In this document: one piece after another, positions 51,245 through 61,031 of the stretch
How positions within the stretch are numbered: position 1 is the first letter of the stretch
Layout: each line of letters starts with the position of its first letter
Assembly: GCA_050250135.1 (NCBI GenBank)
Contig: JBFWPF010000010.1
Span: 780-64,779 of the forward strand
Source: Parachlamydiales bacterium
Lineage (GTDB): Bacteria > Chlamydiota > Chlamydiia > Chlamydiales > JAFEGQ01
Direction: 5' to 3'
Length of the DNA stretch: 64,000 nt
Notes under the pieces: generated by a model
Databases searched by the model: none
Told to the model about the DNA's origin: nothing
What the model saw: the letters and a program-made list of their open reading frames with translations, nothing else
Made by a program: the position numbers and the translations under genes

Positions 51245-51958
51245 ATGAATCCTCTGCAGGAATTTCAAAATAATATTGGTGAGATTGAGCGGCGGCTGGG
51301 CTACCTCTTTCACGACAAGCAGCTGCTCGAAATGGCCTTCACCCACCGCTCCTTTATCAACGAGCACAGGGAGCTGACCGCCGTCCACAACGAACGTCTT
51401 GAGTTTTTAGGGGATGCGGTCTTAGGGATGATCATCTCGGCCTACCTCTACGAGTTAGGGCCCCAGATGCCGGAAGGGGAGCTCTCCCTCCTCCGCTCCC
51501 GCCTGGTCGAAGCGGCCGCCTGCGCCGACTACACGGCCGAGCTGGGGGTGGGGGACCACCTCCTCTTGGGTAAGGGGGAGCGGATCCATGCCACTCGGGG
51601 GCGGGACTCGATGCACGCCAACCTTTTTGAGGCGATCGTGGGGGCGATCTACCTCGATGGAGGTCTTGAGGTAACCAAACATTTTCTTTTCACCCACTTT
51701 GGCCCTACCTTTGCCGACCGGATAGCCAATCCTGCCCAAAACTGGAAGGCCGAGCTGCAGGACTATACCCAGAGGACCCACGGGACGACCCCTGAGTACC
51801 GTCTGCTCGCCGAAGAGGGTCCCGACCACGCCAAGACCTTTGTGGTGGCGGTCTTTGTCCAGGGGGAGAAGCTCGGCCAGGGGGAGGGCCCCTCCAAAAA
51901 GGAGGCTCAGCAGCTGGCTGCCAAAGAGGCAATGGAGGAGCTACATGGCAAAGGTTAA
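51245..51958 (+). CDS. rnc: Ribonuclease III
   Basis: 237 aa. Signature NERLEFLGDAVL and a C-terminal dsRBD (KTFVVAVFVQGEKLGQGEGPSKKEAQQLAAKEAM). Confidence 0.9.
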   Translation: MNPLQEFQNNIGEIERRLGYLFHDKQLLEMAFTHRSFINEHRELTAVHNERLEFLGDAVLGMIISAYLYELGPQMPEGELSLLRSRLVEAAACADYTAELGVGDHLLLGKGERIHATRGRDSMHANLFEAIVGAIYLDGGLEVTKHFLFTHFGPTFADRIANPAQNWKAELQDYTQRTHGTTPEYRLLAEEGPDHAKTFVVAVFVQGEKLGQGEGPSKKEAQQLAAKEAMEELHGKG

Positions 51959-53309
51959 AAGCGCTTGGTTCTGTTCCGAGTGTGGTCATCAGCAGGTGAA
52001 ATGGAGTGGGCAGTGCCCCGCTTGCGAGGCGTGGAATACGCTGCAGGAGGAGACTGTGGTGGCAGCGCAGAGCCGCTTTGAGGCACGGGGACCTGAGCCC
52101 TCTAAGCCCATTCAGCTGAAGGAGATCGCCCACCTAGTCACCCCCCGCTATACGACCGGCATGGGAGAGCTCGACCGGATGATGGGGGGCGGTGTGGTAG
52201 TCGGCTCGCTCACCCTGGTGGGGGGTGAGCCGGGGATCGGGAAATCGACCCTGCTGCTGCAGCTCACCCAGGCCTTTGCCGACAAGGGGCTAAAGGTGCT
52301 CTACATTTCGGCCGAAGAGTCGGTCCAGCAAACGGGTGAGCGGGCGGGGCGCCTCGGCGTCGACACCGACAACCTCTACCTCCTCAATGAGACCCACTTT
52401 TCGCTGATTCAAAAGCAGGTCGAGGCCCTCAGGCCCGAGGTGGTGATCGTCGACTCGATCCAGATGATCTACAAGGGGGAGATCCCCTCCGCCCCAGGCT
52501 CGGTCACCCAGGTGCGGGAGTCGGCGATGGAGTTTATGCACCTGGCCAAGCAACGGGGCATTGCCATCTTTTTGGTCGGCCATGTGACCAAGTCGGGAGA
52601 GCTCGCGGGCCCCCGCGTCCTGGAGCACCTGGTCGATACGGTTCTCTATTTTGAGGGGGATAAGCAGCACCACCTGCGGCTAATGCGAGGGGTGAAGAAC
52701 CGGTTCGGGCCAACCGATGAGGTGGCCGTTTTCCAAATGGGCAGCAAAGGGCTCGAGCAGGTGGAGAATCCCTCTGAGCTATTCATTGAGGAGCGCCGCT
52801 CCGATTTGGCAGGCTCGGTTATTGTGCCAACGCTGGAGGGGTCGCGGCCAATCCTGGTTGAGATTCAGGCGCTCGTCACCCGGACCGCCTACTCGACCCC
52901 CTCGCGCCGGTCGATCGGCCTCGACCAGAGCCGCCTGGCCCTGCTGCTAGCGGTCATGGAAAAGAGGCTCAGCTACCCGCTGACCGGCCACGATGTCTTT
53001 GTCTCGGTAGCAGGGGGGATCAAGGTGACCGAACCGAGCACCGACCTGGGGATTTTGCTCGCGGTCGCCTCGAGCTGGCTAGGGACACCGATTCCGTCGG
53101 ACACCCTCGTGGTGGGAGAGGTGGGGCTCGGAGGTGAGGTCAGGACGGTCCGCCGGGTAGAGGCCCGCATTAAGGAGGGCAAACGGATGGGCTTTACCCG
53201 CTTTGTCCTCCCCAAGCGCTCCCTTAAGGGGCTCGATCGAGAGGGGACCCTCCTGGAGGGGGTCGACCTTGTCGAAGAGGCGATACAGGCTCTCTTGCCA
53301 AGTAAATAA
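51945..53309 (+). CDS. radA: DNA repair protein RadA/Sms
   Basis: Start at MAKVKSAWFCSECGHQQVKWSGQCPAC (zinc ribbon). Walker A GEPGIGKST, KNRFG and a Lon-like C-terminal domain. The ORF-track start at 51840 overlaps rnc and is rejected. Confidence 0.9.
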   Translation: MAKVKSAWFCSECGHQQVKWSGQCPACEAWNTLQEETVVAAQSRFEARGPEPSKPIQLKEIAHLVTPRYTTGMGELDRMMGGGVVVGSLTLVGGEPGIGKSTLLLQLTQAFADKGLKVLYISAEESVQQTGERAGRLGVDTDNLYLLNETHFSLIQKQVEALRPEVVIVDSIQMIYKGEIPSAPGSVTQVRESAMEFMHLAKQRGIAIFLVGHVTKSGELAGPRVLEHLVDTVLYFEGDKQHHLRLMRGVKNRFGPTDEVAVFQMGSKGLEQVENPSELFIEERRSDLAGSVIVPTLEGSRPILVEIQALVTRTAYSTPSRRSIGLDQSRLALLLAVMEKRLSYPLTGHDVFVSVAGGIKVTEPSTDLGILLAVASSWLGTPIPSDTLVVGEVGLGGEVRTVRRVEARIKEGKRMGFTRFVLPKRSLKGLDREGTLLEGVDLVEEAIQALLPSK

Positions 53310-53329
53310 TTTATTGACACTTTGGCAGT

Positions 53330-53767
53330 ATGGGAATATTGTCGTGGCAGTGGGCTCGGCTCGGCGAGCTTAGCCTGGATGCTCAGTATGAGCTCCATGA
53401 ATTTCGGGGGGCGGTAGGGAGCCTGGGCCAGGGTATCGGCTACCTCGACACCGATTCGGAGGATCGGGAGGGTTACCATCTGCTTGGGTGGGAGGAGGGG
53501 AACTTGGTCGCCTACCTGCGGGTTCAGGATGAGGGAAAGGAACTTACCCTCGACCGGATGGGGGTGAGGCGAGCCGATCTGTGGCCAGCGTTGATTCGGG
53601 AGGCGCTCGAAGAGATGGGGCGCTCCTACAGGGGGCGCTCCATCACCCTCCAGGTCGATCCTCAGCTGGAGGGGACCTGTCAGGCGATGGGTTTTGTTGC
53701 GGTCAGCTCCCCCTTCAACCTAGAGGGGCGCCCCCACATCGAGATGACTAGCCGGCCCCGTGGCTAA
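53330..53767 (+). CDS. GNAT-family acetyltransferase, ElaA-like
   Basis: 145 aa. The layout W..L..LS...LY.L...R..V...GYLD.D..D....HLLGW....LVAYLRV parallels E. coli ElaA. Confidence 0.55.
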   Translation: MGILSWQWARLGELSLDAQYELHEFRGAVGSLGQGIGYLDTDSEDREGYHLLGWEEGNLVAYLRVQDEGKELTLDRMGVRRADLWPALIREALEEMGRSYRGRSITLQVDPQLEGTCQAMGFVAVSSPFNLEGRPHIEMTSRPRG

Positions 53768-54419
53768 CGGTGCCGATGCCGCGGATCTTCTGGGACACCT
53801 TGGGATTGCCGCGATAGCTGACCGAGCCGGCCCCATTGACCTCAACGTTCAGCCGCTCAGAGGCGCTAACCTCAGCCTTGCCCGTCCCATTGATCTCAAT
53901 ATCGGTGCTCTCGGTCTGCAGATCGAAGGCAAGGTAGCGGCCTGCCCCATTCACCTCCACCTCCTGGTGTTCGACCTGCCCCGCCATATTCACCTGGCCC
54001 GCTCCGTTGATCTCGACCTTCAGCTCGGTGCCCTCGATGGTAAGGTCCGCTTTGCTCGCCCCCTGGATCTCCAGAACCAGCATCTCCGTCGTCAGCGTCC
54101 CGGTATTGCTAAGCATAGCGGCCCCCTCAAGCGAGATCTTTTTGAGCCGCCTCACCCCCACCTCGTAGGTAATGGGTGTTTGCGAACCGATTCCGCGCGG
54201 TGTTTCGATTTTCAAGCTGTTCCCGTCAACGGTGGTTTTAAGCTGCCCAATCACCCCATCATCGGCCGTTACCCTGAGGGTAGCCCCCCCATCTTGGCTG
54301 ATGATCAGGTTCCCAAACCCCTCAAACTCGATCTTCTCAAAATTCTTAACAGGTCGATCTTCACTCTTTGCGAAGAGGGTCATCGAAAGGGTGATTAACA
54401 GAGTAAGCGCAAGTCTCAT
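53748..54419 (-). CDS. Secreted DUF2807-like (GIN-domain, beta-helical) protein
   Basis: 223 aa with a signal peptide MRLALTLLITLSMTLFA. Repeated (V/I)NGAG(x)V beta-solenoid rungs (EINGAGQVNM, EVNGAGRYL, EINGTGKAEV, EVNGAGSVSY). Confidence 0.65.
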   Translation of the reverse strand: MRLALTLLITLSMTLFAKSEDRPVKNFEKIEFEGFGNLIISQDGGATLRVTADDGVIGQLKTTVDGNSLKIETPRGIGSQTPITYEVGVRRLKKISLEGAAMLSNTGTLTTEMLVLEIQGASKADLTIEGTELKVEINGAGQVNMAGQVEHQEVEVNGAGRYLAFDLQTESTDIEINGTGKAEVSASERLNVEVNGAGSVSYRGNPKVSQKIRGIGTVSHGAG

Positions 54420-54513
54420 AATCTACCTCCTAGGTATCTGCCCACCCTAGCCCTTTTGCCGAAATATTGGATAGAGGCTATACCTGGTGGAAAACATGAG
54501 CAAGGAGATCGCC

Positions 54514-55134
54514 ATGCCCGCAACACTGCAACAACAGACCCTTCCCGACCTCGAGTACGACTACAACGCCCTCGAGCCGGTGATCAGCGCCGAAATCATG
54601 GAGCTCCACCACAAAAAGCACCACCAGGCCTACATCAACAACTACAACAAATTGGCCGAGCAACACCACGAGGCCGAAGCCAAAGGGGATGTCGCCAAGA
54701 TGATCGCCCTCCAGTCGGGGCTGAAATTCAACGGGGGGGGCCACGTGAACCACACGATCTTTTGGACCAACCTCGCCCCCCAAAACAAGGGTGGGGGAAA
54801 GGCTCCAAGCGGCCCCCTTGCCGATGCGATCAAAGCCCAGTGGGGCTCCCTGGATGCCTTTATTGAAAAATTTAATGCGCGCACAGCGGCGATTCAAGGG
54901 TCGGGATGGGGATGGCTAGGTTACTGCCCTGAGGATAAACGCCTTGAGATAGCGACCTGCGCAAACCAAGATCCCCTCAGCACCGAAGGGCTAGTCCCCT
55001 TACTCGGGGTCGATGTCTGGGAGCACGCCTACTACCTCCAGTACAAGAATGTCCGCCCCGATTACCTCAAGGCGATCTGGAAAGTGATCAACTGGGCCAA
55101 TGTAGCTGAGCGGTATCAACGCGCTAAGGGTTAG
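54514..55134 (+). CDS. sodA: Fe/Mn superoxide dismutase
   Basis: [28 protein letters not shown] and [17 protein letters not shown] lies 7 nt upstream of ATG 54514, preferred over the ORF-track GTG 54487. Confidence 0.9.
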   Translation: MPATLQQQTLPDLEYDYNALEPVISAEIMELHHKKHHQAYINNYNKLAEQHHEAEAKGDVAKMIALQSGLKFNGGGHVNHTIFWTNLAPQNKGGGKAPSGPLADAIKAQWGSLDAFIEKFNARTAAIQGSGWGWLGYCPEDKRLEIATCANQDPLSTEGLVPLLGVDVWEHAYYLQYKNVRPDYLKAIWKVINWANVAERYQRAKG

Positions 55135-55202
55135 GTTTTTTCTTTACTTGTAATAATTAGGGGAGACCCTATAAAATAGATTATTACAAATAGGGAGCTA
55201 TT

Positions 55203-56126
55203 ATGGGACTCTTTTCCCGAGTGAAGCCAAAGCTGCAGGCGCTGCCTAAAGCCAAAGAGAATTTTAACGGCTGGCAGAAGTGTGAGGGGTGTGAGGAGCT
55301 GATCCACCAGAAGGACCTGGAGAAAAACCTCCAGTGTTGCCCGAAGTGTGACCACCACTACCGCCTTTCGGCTAAGGTCCGGATCGCTACTCTTACCGAC
55401 CCCGACTCTTTTAAGGAGCTGTTCGGGGAGATTCAGCCGGTCGATGCCCTCCACTTTGTCGACACAGAGAGCTACAAGAACCGGATCAAGGCGGCCCAGA
55501 AGCGGTCGGGGGCAAAGGATGCGGTGGTGACGGGGATAGGGATGATCCGCTCCCATCCGGTGGCGCTTGCTGCCCTCGACTTTGATTTTATGGGGGGATC
55601 GATGGGGTCGGTGATGGGGGAAAAACTCACCCGCCTGATCGAGCATGCAGCCGAGAAGGGCTTGCCGCTGGTGATCGTATCGGCCTCAGGCGGAGCGCGG
55701 ATGCAAGAGTCGTTTCTGTCGCTGATGCAGATGGCCAAGACCGCTTCGGCCCTAAACAAGCTGTCGGAGAGGGGGCTCCCCTTTATCTCGGTCCTCACCC
55801 ACCCCACCTCGGGCGGCGTGACCGCCTCTTTTGCAGCGCTTGGCGATGTGATCATCGCTGAGCCTAAAGCGCTCATCTGCTTTGCTGGTCCCCGGGTGAT
55901 CGAGCAGACCATCAAGCAGACCCTCCCCGAGGGGGCACAGCGCTCCGAATTCCTTCTGAAACATGGGATGATCGACCGGATCGTCCCCCGAAGCAAGCTG
56001 CAGGGGACCCTTGCCACCTTACTCGAGTACCTGACGGGAAATGGGAAGCAGGCAACGCGGATCTCCAGCCAAGAGCTGGTCTCTTCACTCAAACAGTTGA
56101 TCAACACTGCCGATGAAAAAAATTAA
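55203..56126 (+). CDS. accD: Acetyl-CoA carboxylase carboxyltransferase subunit beta
   Basis: 307 aa. N-terminal zinc ribbon [13 protein letters not shown]...CPKCDHH, and a carboxyltransferase core with FMGGSMGS. Confidence 0.9.
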   Translation: MGLFSRVKPKLQALPKAKENFNGWQKCEGCEELIHQKDLEKNLQCCPKCDHHYRLSAKVRIATLTDPDSFKELFGEIQPVDALHFVDTESYKNRIKAAQKRSGAKDAVVTGIGMIRSHPVALAALDFDFMGGSMGSVMGEKLTRLIEHAAEKGLPLVIVSASGGARMQESFLSLMQMAKTASALNKLSERGLPFISVLTHPTSGGVTASFAALGDVIIAEPKALICFAGPRVIEQTIKQTLPEGAQRSEFLLKHGMIDRIVPRSKLQGTLATLLEYLTGNGKQATRISSQELVSSLKQLINTADEKN

Positions 56127-56553
56127 GATCCCTACCCTTGTACAGGAGGGGGCCGAAGTCCCCACCTACGGTACGCCGGGGGCGGCCGGAGCCGACGTTC
56201 GAGCCCACCTTGAAAAGGGCGTCACCCTTAACCCCGGCCAGCGGATCCTTATCCCGACCGGCCTTAAGATGGCTATCCCTGAGGGGTATGAGATTCAGGT
56301 GAGGCCCCGCTCAGGCCTTGCCCTAAAACAGGGGATCACCGTACTGAATACTCCAGGGACGATTGATTCGGACTACAGGGGGGAGATTGGAGTAATCCTC
56401 ATCCACCTTGGCCAGGAACCCTTTGTGATCGAGCCGGGGATGAGAATTGCCCAGCTGGTCCTAGCGCCGGTCGTCTCGGCTGAGTTTATTGAACATGAGG
56501 AGCTCCTCAGCTCGGCGCGAGGACTGGGGGGCTTTGGCAGCACAGGACAGTAA
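56113..56553 (+). CDS. dut: dUTP diphosphatase
   Basis: 146 aa. [24 protein letters not shown] and a C-terminal [10 protein letters not shown]. Confidence 0.9.
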   Translation: MKKIKIPTLVQEGAEVPTYGTPGAAGADVRAHLEKGVTLNPGQRILIPTGLKMAIPEGYEIQVRPRSGLALKQGITVLNTPGTIDSDYRGEIGVILIHLGQEPFVIEPGMRIAQLVLAPVVSAEFIEHEELLSSARGLGGFGSTGQ

Positions 56554-57014
56554 TGACCGATCTGGACAAGGTGATCGACCCAAACACCATCCTCTTCCTC
56601 AAGGTAGAGGAGCGAGATGAGGCGATCAAAGAGCTCGTCGAGTGCCTCCATAGGAGCCATAAACTCAAAGTCCCCGACCCCTTTCTTGCTGCGGTGCTAG
56701 CCCGTGAGACCCTGGTCTCAACCGGTATTGGGATGGGGGTGGCCTTTCCTCACGCTAAACTCCCCGAGCTAAAGCAATTTTTTGTCGCCATTGGGATCCA
56801 AAAGGAGAGGGGAATCGAATGGCACTCCCCTGATCGGACACCGGTCCGGCTGATCTTTTTGATCGGGGGCCCCGACAATCAGCAGAATGCCTACCTTACC
56901 CTCCTTTCCCGCCTCACCGTCGTCCTCAAGGAGGAGGAGTGCCGGAAAAAGCTCCTCAAAGCTGAGAGCGCTGAGGAGGTCGCCGAGTTGATTATCAGCT
57001 ACACACCCGATTGA
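56553..57014 (+). CDS. ptsN: PTS EIIA(Ntr)-like regulatory protein
   Basis: 153 aa. PTS_EIIA type-2 fold with phospho-His region GIGMGVAFPHAK. Confidence 0.75.
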   Translation: MTDLDKVIDPNTILFLKVEERDEAIKELVECLHRSHKLKVPDPFLAAVLARETLVSTGIGMGVAFPHAKLPELKQFFVAIGIQKERGIEWHSPDRTPVRLIFLIGGPDNQQNAYLTLLSRLTVVLKEEECRKKLLKAESAEEVAELIISYTPD

Positions 57015-57062
57015 CGGGAAACGGATCCCTCTCTATACGGGGGTATTGCTTAGGAGGTAGTG

Positions 57063-57749
57063 ATGGACCTAAAGATTGCGGACGTTGCCAAGCTCCTTCA
57101 TGTCTCCGAAGAGGCGATCGAGCGGTTGCTAAAAGAGGAGAAAATCCCCTCCTACCGGATCCAGGATGAGGTCCGTTTTAACCGGAGTGAGGTGGAGGCC
57201 TGGATGATGGAGGTCCAAGTCGACCAGGAGGGGAACTGGATCCTCGGCAGCTCAGCTGAACCCGACAAGGGGATGCACAAGTTTAGCCTCTACCGGGCGC
57301 TCAACAAGGGAGAGGTTTACGACGGGGTTGCCGGCGGGACTAAGGAGGTGCTCATCCGCGCTGCTGTAGCCCAGATGGCGCCCAAGTTTAAGCTCGATGC
57401 TGAAGGGATCTCTGGCCTCCTTCTCGACCGGGAGAGGCTGATGCCGACCGCCCTCAATCACGGCATTGCCTTGCCCCATACCCGCGACTTTCTGCTCGAC
57501 AGCTTTCACGATGTGGTCGCGGTGGTCTATCCGGCAAAGCCGATTGAGTATGGGGCGCTCGACGGCCAGCCGGTTCATACTCTCTTTTTCCTCTTTGCTT
57601 GTTCCGACAAGCGCCACCTCGACCTTCTTTCGAAGGTTGCCCACTTTTGCAACGAGGAGAGCCACCGGCAGCTCCTCCTGACCCGGCCGAATCGGGTCGA
57701 ACTCCTCGCCCGCATCCGAGAATGGGAGGGGGGGCTCAAGCGGCCCTAA
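57063..57749 (+). CDS. Excisionase/MerR-type HTH fused to a PTS EIIA type-2 domain (second PtsN-like regulator)
   Basis: N-terminal [46 protein letters not shown] (HTH_17-like). C-terminal EIIA with [14 protein letters not shown] lies 5 nt upstream of the ATG. Confidence 0.7.
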   Translation: MDLKIADVAKLLHVSEEAIERLLKEEKIPSYRIQDEVRFNRSEVEAWMMEVQVDQEGNWILGSSAEPDKGMHKFSLYRALNKGEVYDGVAGGTKEVLIRAAVAQMAPKFKLDAEGISGLLLDRERLMPTALNHGIALPHTRDFLLDSFHDVVAVVYPAKPIEYGALDGQPVHTLFFLFACSDKRHLDLLSKVAHFCNEESHRQLLLTRPNRVELLARIREWEGGLKRP

Positions 57750-60217
57750 GTGCTAGCCGGGGCGGGTTGTTCGGTGGCGGTAAGGCGCTCCCCTTCCACC
57801 GTAATGAGGAAATGCTTCCCTTCACCTGGATGGCGGAGAATCTGCTCGGAGAGTTCATCTTCGAGGTACTCGCCGATGGCTCGGCGGAGCGGACGGGCAC
57901 CCATCTCAGGTTCATACCCCTTTTCAACTAAGAACCCCTTGGCTGCCTCATCGAGATGGAAGTGAATGTTGCGCTGAGAAAGGCGCTGCTGAACCTTCTT
58001 GACCTCGATCTCGACAATCTTCTCGAGATCGGGTGTCCCAAGCGCCTTAAAGACGACAGTGGCGTCGATCCGGTTGAGGACCTCTGGCTTAAAGGTCTTC
58101 TTTAGCTCAGCCATGATCTTCTCCCGCATAGCCTCGTAGTTGGTTACCCCTTCGGTTGCACCGAAACCGACCTCGGTCGTTTTGCGGATGAGGTTGGCCC
58201 CAACGTTACTGGTCATGATGATAACGGTGTTGCGGAAATCGATCTTGCGGCCAAAGGAGTCGGTTAGCCTCCCCTCTTCAAGGACCTGCAGGAGGAGATC
58301 CATCACATCGGGATGAGCCTTCTCAATCTCGTCAAAGAGGACAACGCTATAGGGCTGCTGCCGGATCTGCTCGGTAAGCTGTCCCCCCTCCTCGTGTCCA
58401 ACATAGCCGGGAGGGGAACCGGTCATCCTCGAGACGGCAAACTTCTCCATGTACTCCGACATGTCGACCTGGATAAGGGCCTCTTCACGGCCGAAGAGGT
58501 GCTCAGCAAGTGAGCGGGCAAGGAGGGTTTTGCCAACACCGGTGGGGCCGAGAAAAAGGAAGGAGCCGGTAGGGCGATTCGGATCCTTAATCCCCGTGCG
58601 GGAGCGGCGGATCGCTTTGCAAACGAGGCGGACCGCCTCCTCTTGACCGATGATATGCTGGGTGAGCTCCTCCTCCATGTTGAGGAGCTTGCTGCTCTCC
58701 TCTTCGGTGAGGCGGGTGACGGGAATATGGGTCTGCTTGGCCACAACAGCGGCAACATCATCCTCATCGACGATCGCCTGGTGCTCATCCTTGTTGGACT
58801 CCCACTCCGACCGCTTATTCTGAAGCTGCTCCTGAAGGGTCTTTTCCTGGTCCCGGAGGCGGGCCGCCTTCTCATACTCCTGAGCGCCGATCGCCTCCTC
58901 TTTGGCGCGCCGGGTCTGGTCGATCTCAAGCTCGAGCTTGCCAAAGTCGGCGGGCTGATCCATCGTCTCAATCCGCTTGCCCGCTCCCGCTTCGTCGAGG
59001 AGGTCGATCGCCTTGTCAGGCAGCTGCCGCCCTTGAATATAGCGGTCGGAGAGGTGGGCAGCCGCCGTAAGGGCCTGGTCGGTGTAGAGGCAGTGGTGGT
59101 GCTCCTGGTACTTTTCCTTCAGGCCCCGGAGAATAACAATCGTATCCTCAACCGAGGGTTCCCCTACGTTAATCTTCTGGAATCGCCGCTCAAGGGCCGC
59201 ATCCTTCTCGATGTGCTTGCGGTACTCGTCGAGGGTGGTGGCACCGATCACCTGAAGCTCACCGCGAGAGAGGGGGGGTTTGAGCATGTTGGAGGCGTCG
59301 ATCGCCCCCTCGGCGGCACCCGCGCCGACCACGGTGTGGATCTCATCGATAAAGAGGAGGACGTTGCCATGCTTGCGGATCTCCTCCATCACCGCCTTAA
59401 GCCGCTCCTCAAACTGACCCCGGTATTTGGTACCGGCGATCATCAGGGCTAGGTCTAGGGTGATCAGCTTTTTCTTCCGCAGGTTCTCAGGGACCTCGCC
59501 CTTAACAATGGCTTGGGCAAGCCCTTCGACGATGGCCGTCTTTCCGACACCCGCCTCGCCGAGGAGGACCGGGTTGTTCTTCCGGCGGCGGCAGAGGATC
59601 AGGATAAGGCGCTCGACCTCCTCCTTCCGGCCGATAACCGGATCCATTTTCCCCTGGCGGCAAGCCTCGGTCAGGTCGTAGCCGTAAGCCTTGAGGGCGG
59701 GGGTCTTCTCCCCACCGGGAACGGCCCGCTCCCCTTTGGTGCCGGCAGTGGGGGCACCGATAGGGGGCAAATGGAGGTTGAAGGTCTCAAGCTCCTTCAG
59801 GACCTCCTTCCGGATCTCCTTGAGATCGACATTGAGGTTCTCCAACACCTGGGTGGCAACCCCGTCGGTCTGACGGAGGAGGCCGAGGAGAAGATGCTCG
59901 GTCCCCACATACTTGTGGTCGAGAGCAAGGGCCTCCTCATTGGCATACTCAAAAACTTTTTTTACCCGCGCGGTCAGAGCGGGATCCCCGTAGACCTGCA
60001 TCTCGGGGCCAAACCCTACCATTTTTTCGACCTCGGCCCGCACCGTCTCAAAATCGAGGTTGAGGTTGCGCAGCACATTGACGGCGACCCCCTGACCCAA
60101 TTTGAGAAGGCCGAGCAGAATATGCTCGGTCCCGAGGTAATTGTGATTCATCCGCTGGGCCTCTTTTTTGGCCAGCTTGATCACCTGTTTGGCGCGGTTG
60201 GTGAATTTGTCGAACAT
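57746..60217 (-). CDS. clpC: ATP-dependent Clp protease ATP-binding subunit ClpC
   Basis: 823 aa. Double Clp-N repeat ([11 protein letters not shown] / [11 protein letters not shown]), two AAA+ modules ([17 protein letters not shown]) and a UVR-like linker ([16 protein letters not shown]). Confidence 0.95.
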   Translation of the reverse strand: MFDKFTNRAKQVIKLAKKEAQRMNHNYLGTEHILLGLLKLGQGVAVNVLRNLNLDFETVRAEVEKMVGFGPEMQVYGDPALTARVKKVFEYANEEALALDHKYVGTEHLLLGLLRQTDGVATQVLENLNVDLKEIRKEVLKELETFNLHLPPIGAPTAGTKGERAVPGGEKTPALKAYGYDLTEACRQGKMDPVIGRKEEVERLILILCRRRKNNPVLLGEAGVGKTAIVEGLAQAIVKGEVPENLRKKKLITLDLALMIAGTKYRGQFEERLKAVMEEIRKHGNVLLFIDEIHTVVGAGAAEGAIDASNMLKPPLSRGELQVIGATTLDEYRKHIEKDAALERRFQKINVGEPSVEDTIVILRGLKEKYQEHHHCLYTDQALTAAAHLSDRYIQGRQLPDKAIDLLDEAGAGKRIETMDQPADFGKLELEIDQTRRAKEEAIGAQEYEKAARLRDQEKTLQEQLQNKRSEWESNKDEHQAIVDEDDVAAVVAKQTHIPVTRLTEEESSKLLNMEEELTQHIIGQEEAVRLVCKAIRRSRTGIKDPNRPTGSFLFLGPTGVGKTLLARSLAEHLFGREEALIQVDMSEYMEKFAVSRMTGSPPGYVGHEEGGQLTEQIRQQPYSVVLFDEIEKAHPDVMDLLLQVLEEGRLTDSFGRKIDFRNTVIIMTSNVGANLIRKTTEVGFGATEGVTNYEAMREKIMAELKKTFKPEVLNRIDATVVFKALGTPDLEKIVEIEVKKVQQRLSQRNIHFHLDEAAKGFLVEKGYEPEMGARPLRRAIGEYLEDELSEQILRHPGEGKHFLITVEGERLTATEQPAPAST

Positions 60218-60329
60218 AGGGCGGTCGGGGTACCTGGTATTTACCCGTGAGGGTAGGGTTGAGATCGTTTTTTTGCAATTGGCGAAATAGGGTGGGGGTG
60301 GGTAAAATCGCTGAAAATAGGAGAGTTAT

Positions 60330-61031
60330 GTGAGGTGGGAATTGTTCGACTCGGGGAAAAGGGGCCCGAGCGAAAATATGGCGCTCGACGCCAACTTACT
60401 CCTAAGCCTTAGAGAGAAACCCCGCCCTATTCTCCATTTGTACGACTGGGAGGGGGATGCGGCAACTTACGGCCATTTTATCAAGCCGGAGGAGCATCTC
60501 AATTTGGAGGGGGCGGCGCGGCGGGGTCTCCAGCTGGCGCGGCGGCCGACGGGGGGAGGGATCACCTTCCATGTGACCGATCTCGCCTTTTCGGTGTTGA
60601 TTCCAGCGGGGCACGAGGGGTTTTCTGACAATACGCTCGAGAACTACCACTGGGTCAACAGCCATCTGCAGCGGGTCCTCTCCCCCTATTTAGAGGGCTC
60701 CTCCCTTCTTTCCACCTCCTCTGTCGGGAGCGGGTCCCCTTTCTCCTTTTGCATGGCAAAGCCGACTGTGTATGATGTGATGGTCTCTGGCCAAAAGGTT
60801 GGGGGGGCAGCGCAGCGGCGGAAGAGCTGGGGCTACCTCCATCAAGGGACGATTTCGATCGCCTCGCTCCCCGAGACCTACTTGGAGGAGGTCCTCCTCC
60901 CTGATATGGGGGTGCTGGAGGCGATGAAGGGCCTTACCTTCCCCCTCCTCCCAGAGGGGTGGAGCCGGGGGGATTTGGAGGAGATGCGGCAGGAGCTGAA
61001 AAAGAGGTTAGCTGAGGTTTTCGTATGCTGA
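60330..61031 (+). CDS. lplA: Lipoate-protein ligase / octanoyltransferase family protein (BPL/LPL catalytic domain)
   Basis: 233 aa. RRPTGGGITFH and GQKVGGAAQRR...LHQGTISI motifs of LplA/LipM-type enzymes. GTG start. Confidence 0.7.
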   Translation: MRWELFDSGKRGPSENMALDANLLLSLREKPRPILHLYDWEGDAATYGHFIKPEEHLNLEGAARRGLQLARRPTGGGITFHVTDLAFSVLIPAGHEGFSDNTLENYHWVNSHLQRVLSPYLEGSSLLSTSSVGSGSPFSFCMAKPTVYDVMVSGQKVGGAAQRRKSWGYLHQGTISIASLPETYLEEVLLPDMGVLEAMKGLTFPLLPEGWSRGDLEEMRQELKKRLAEVFVC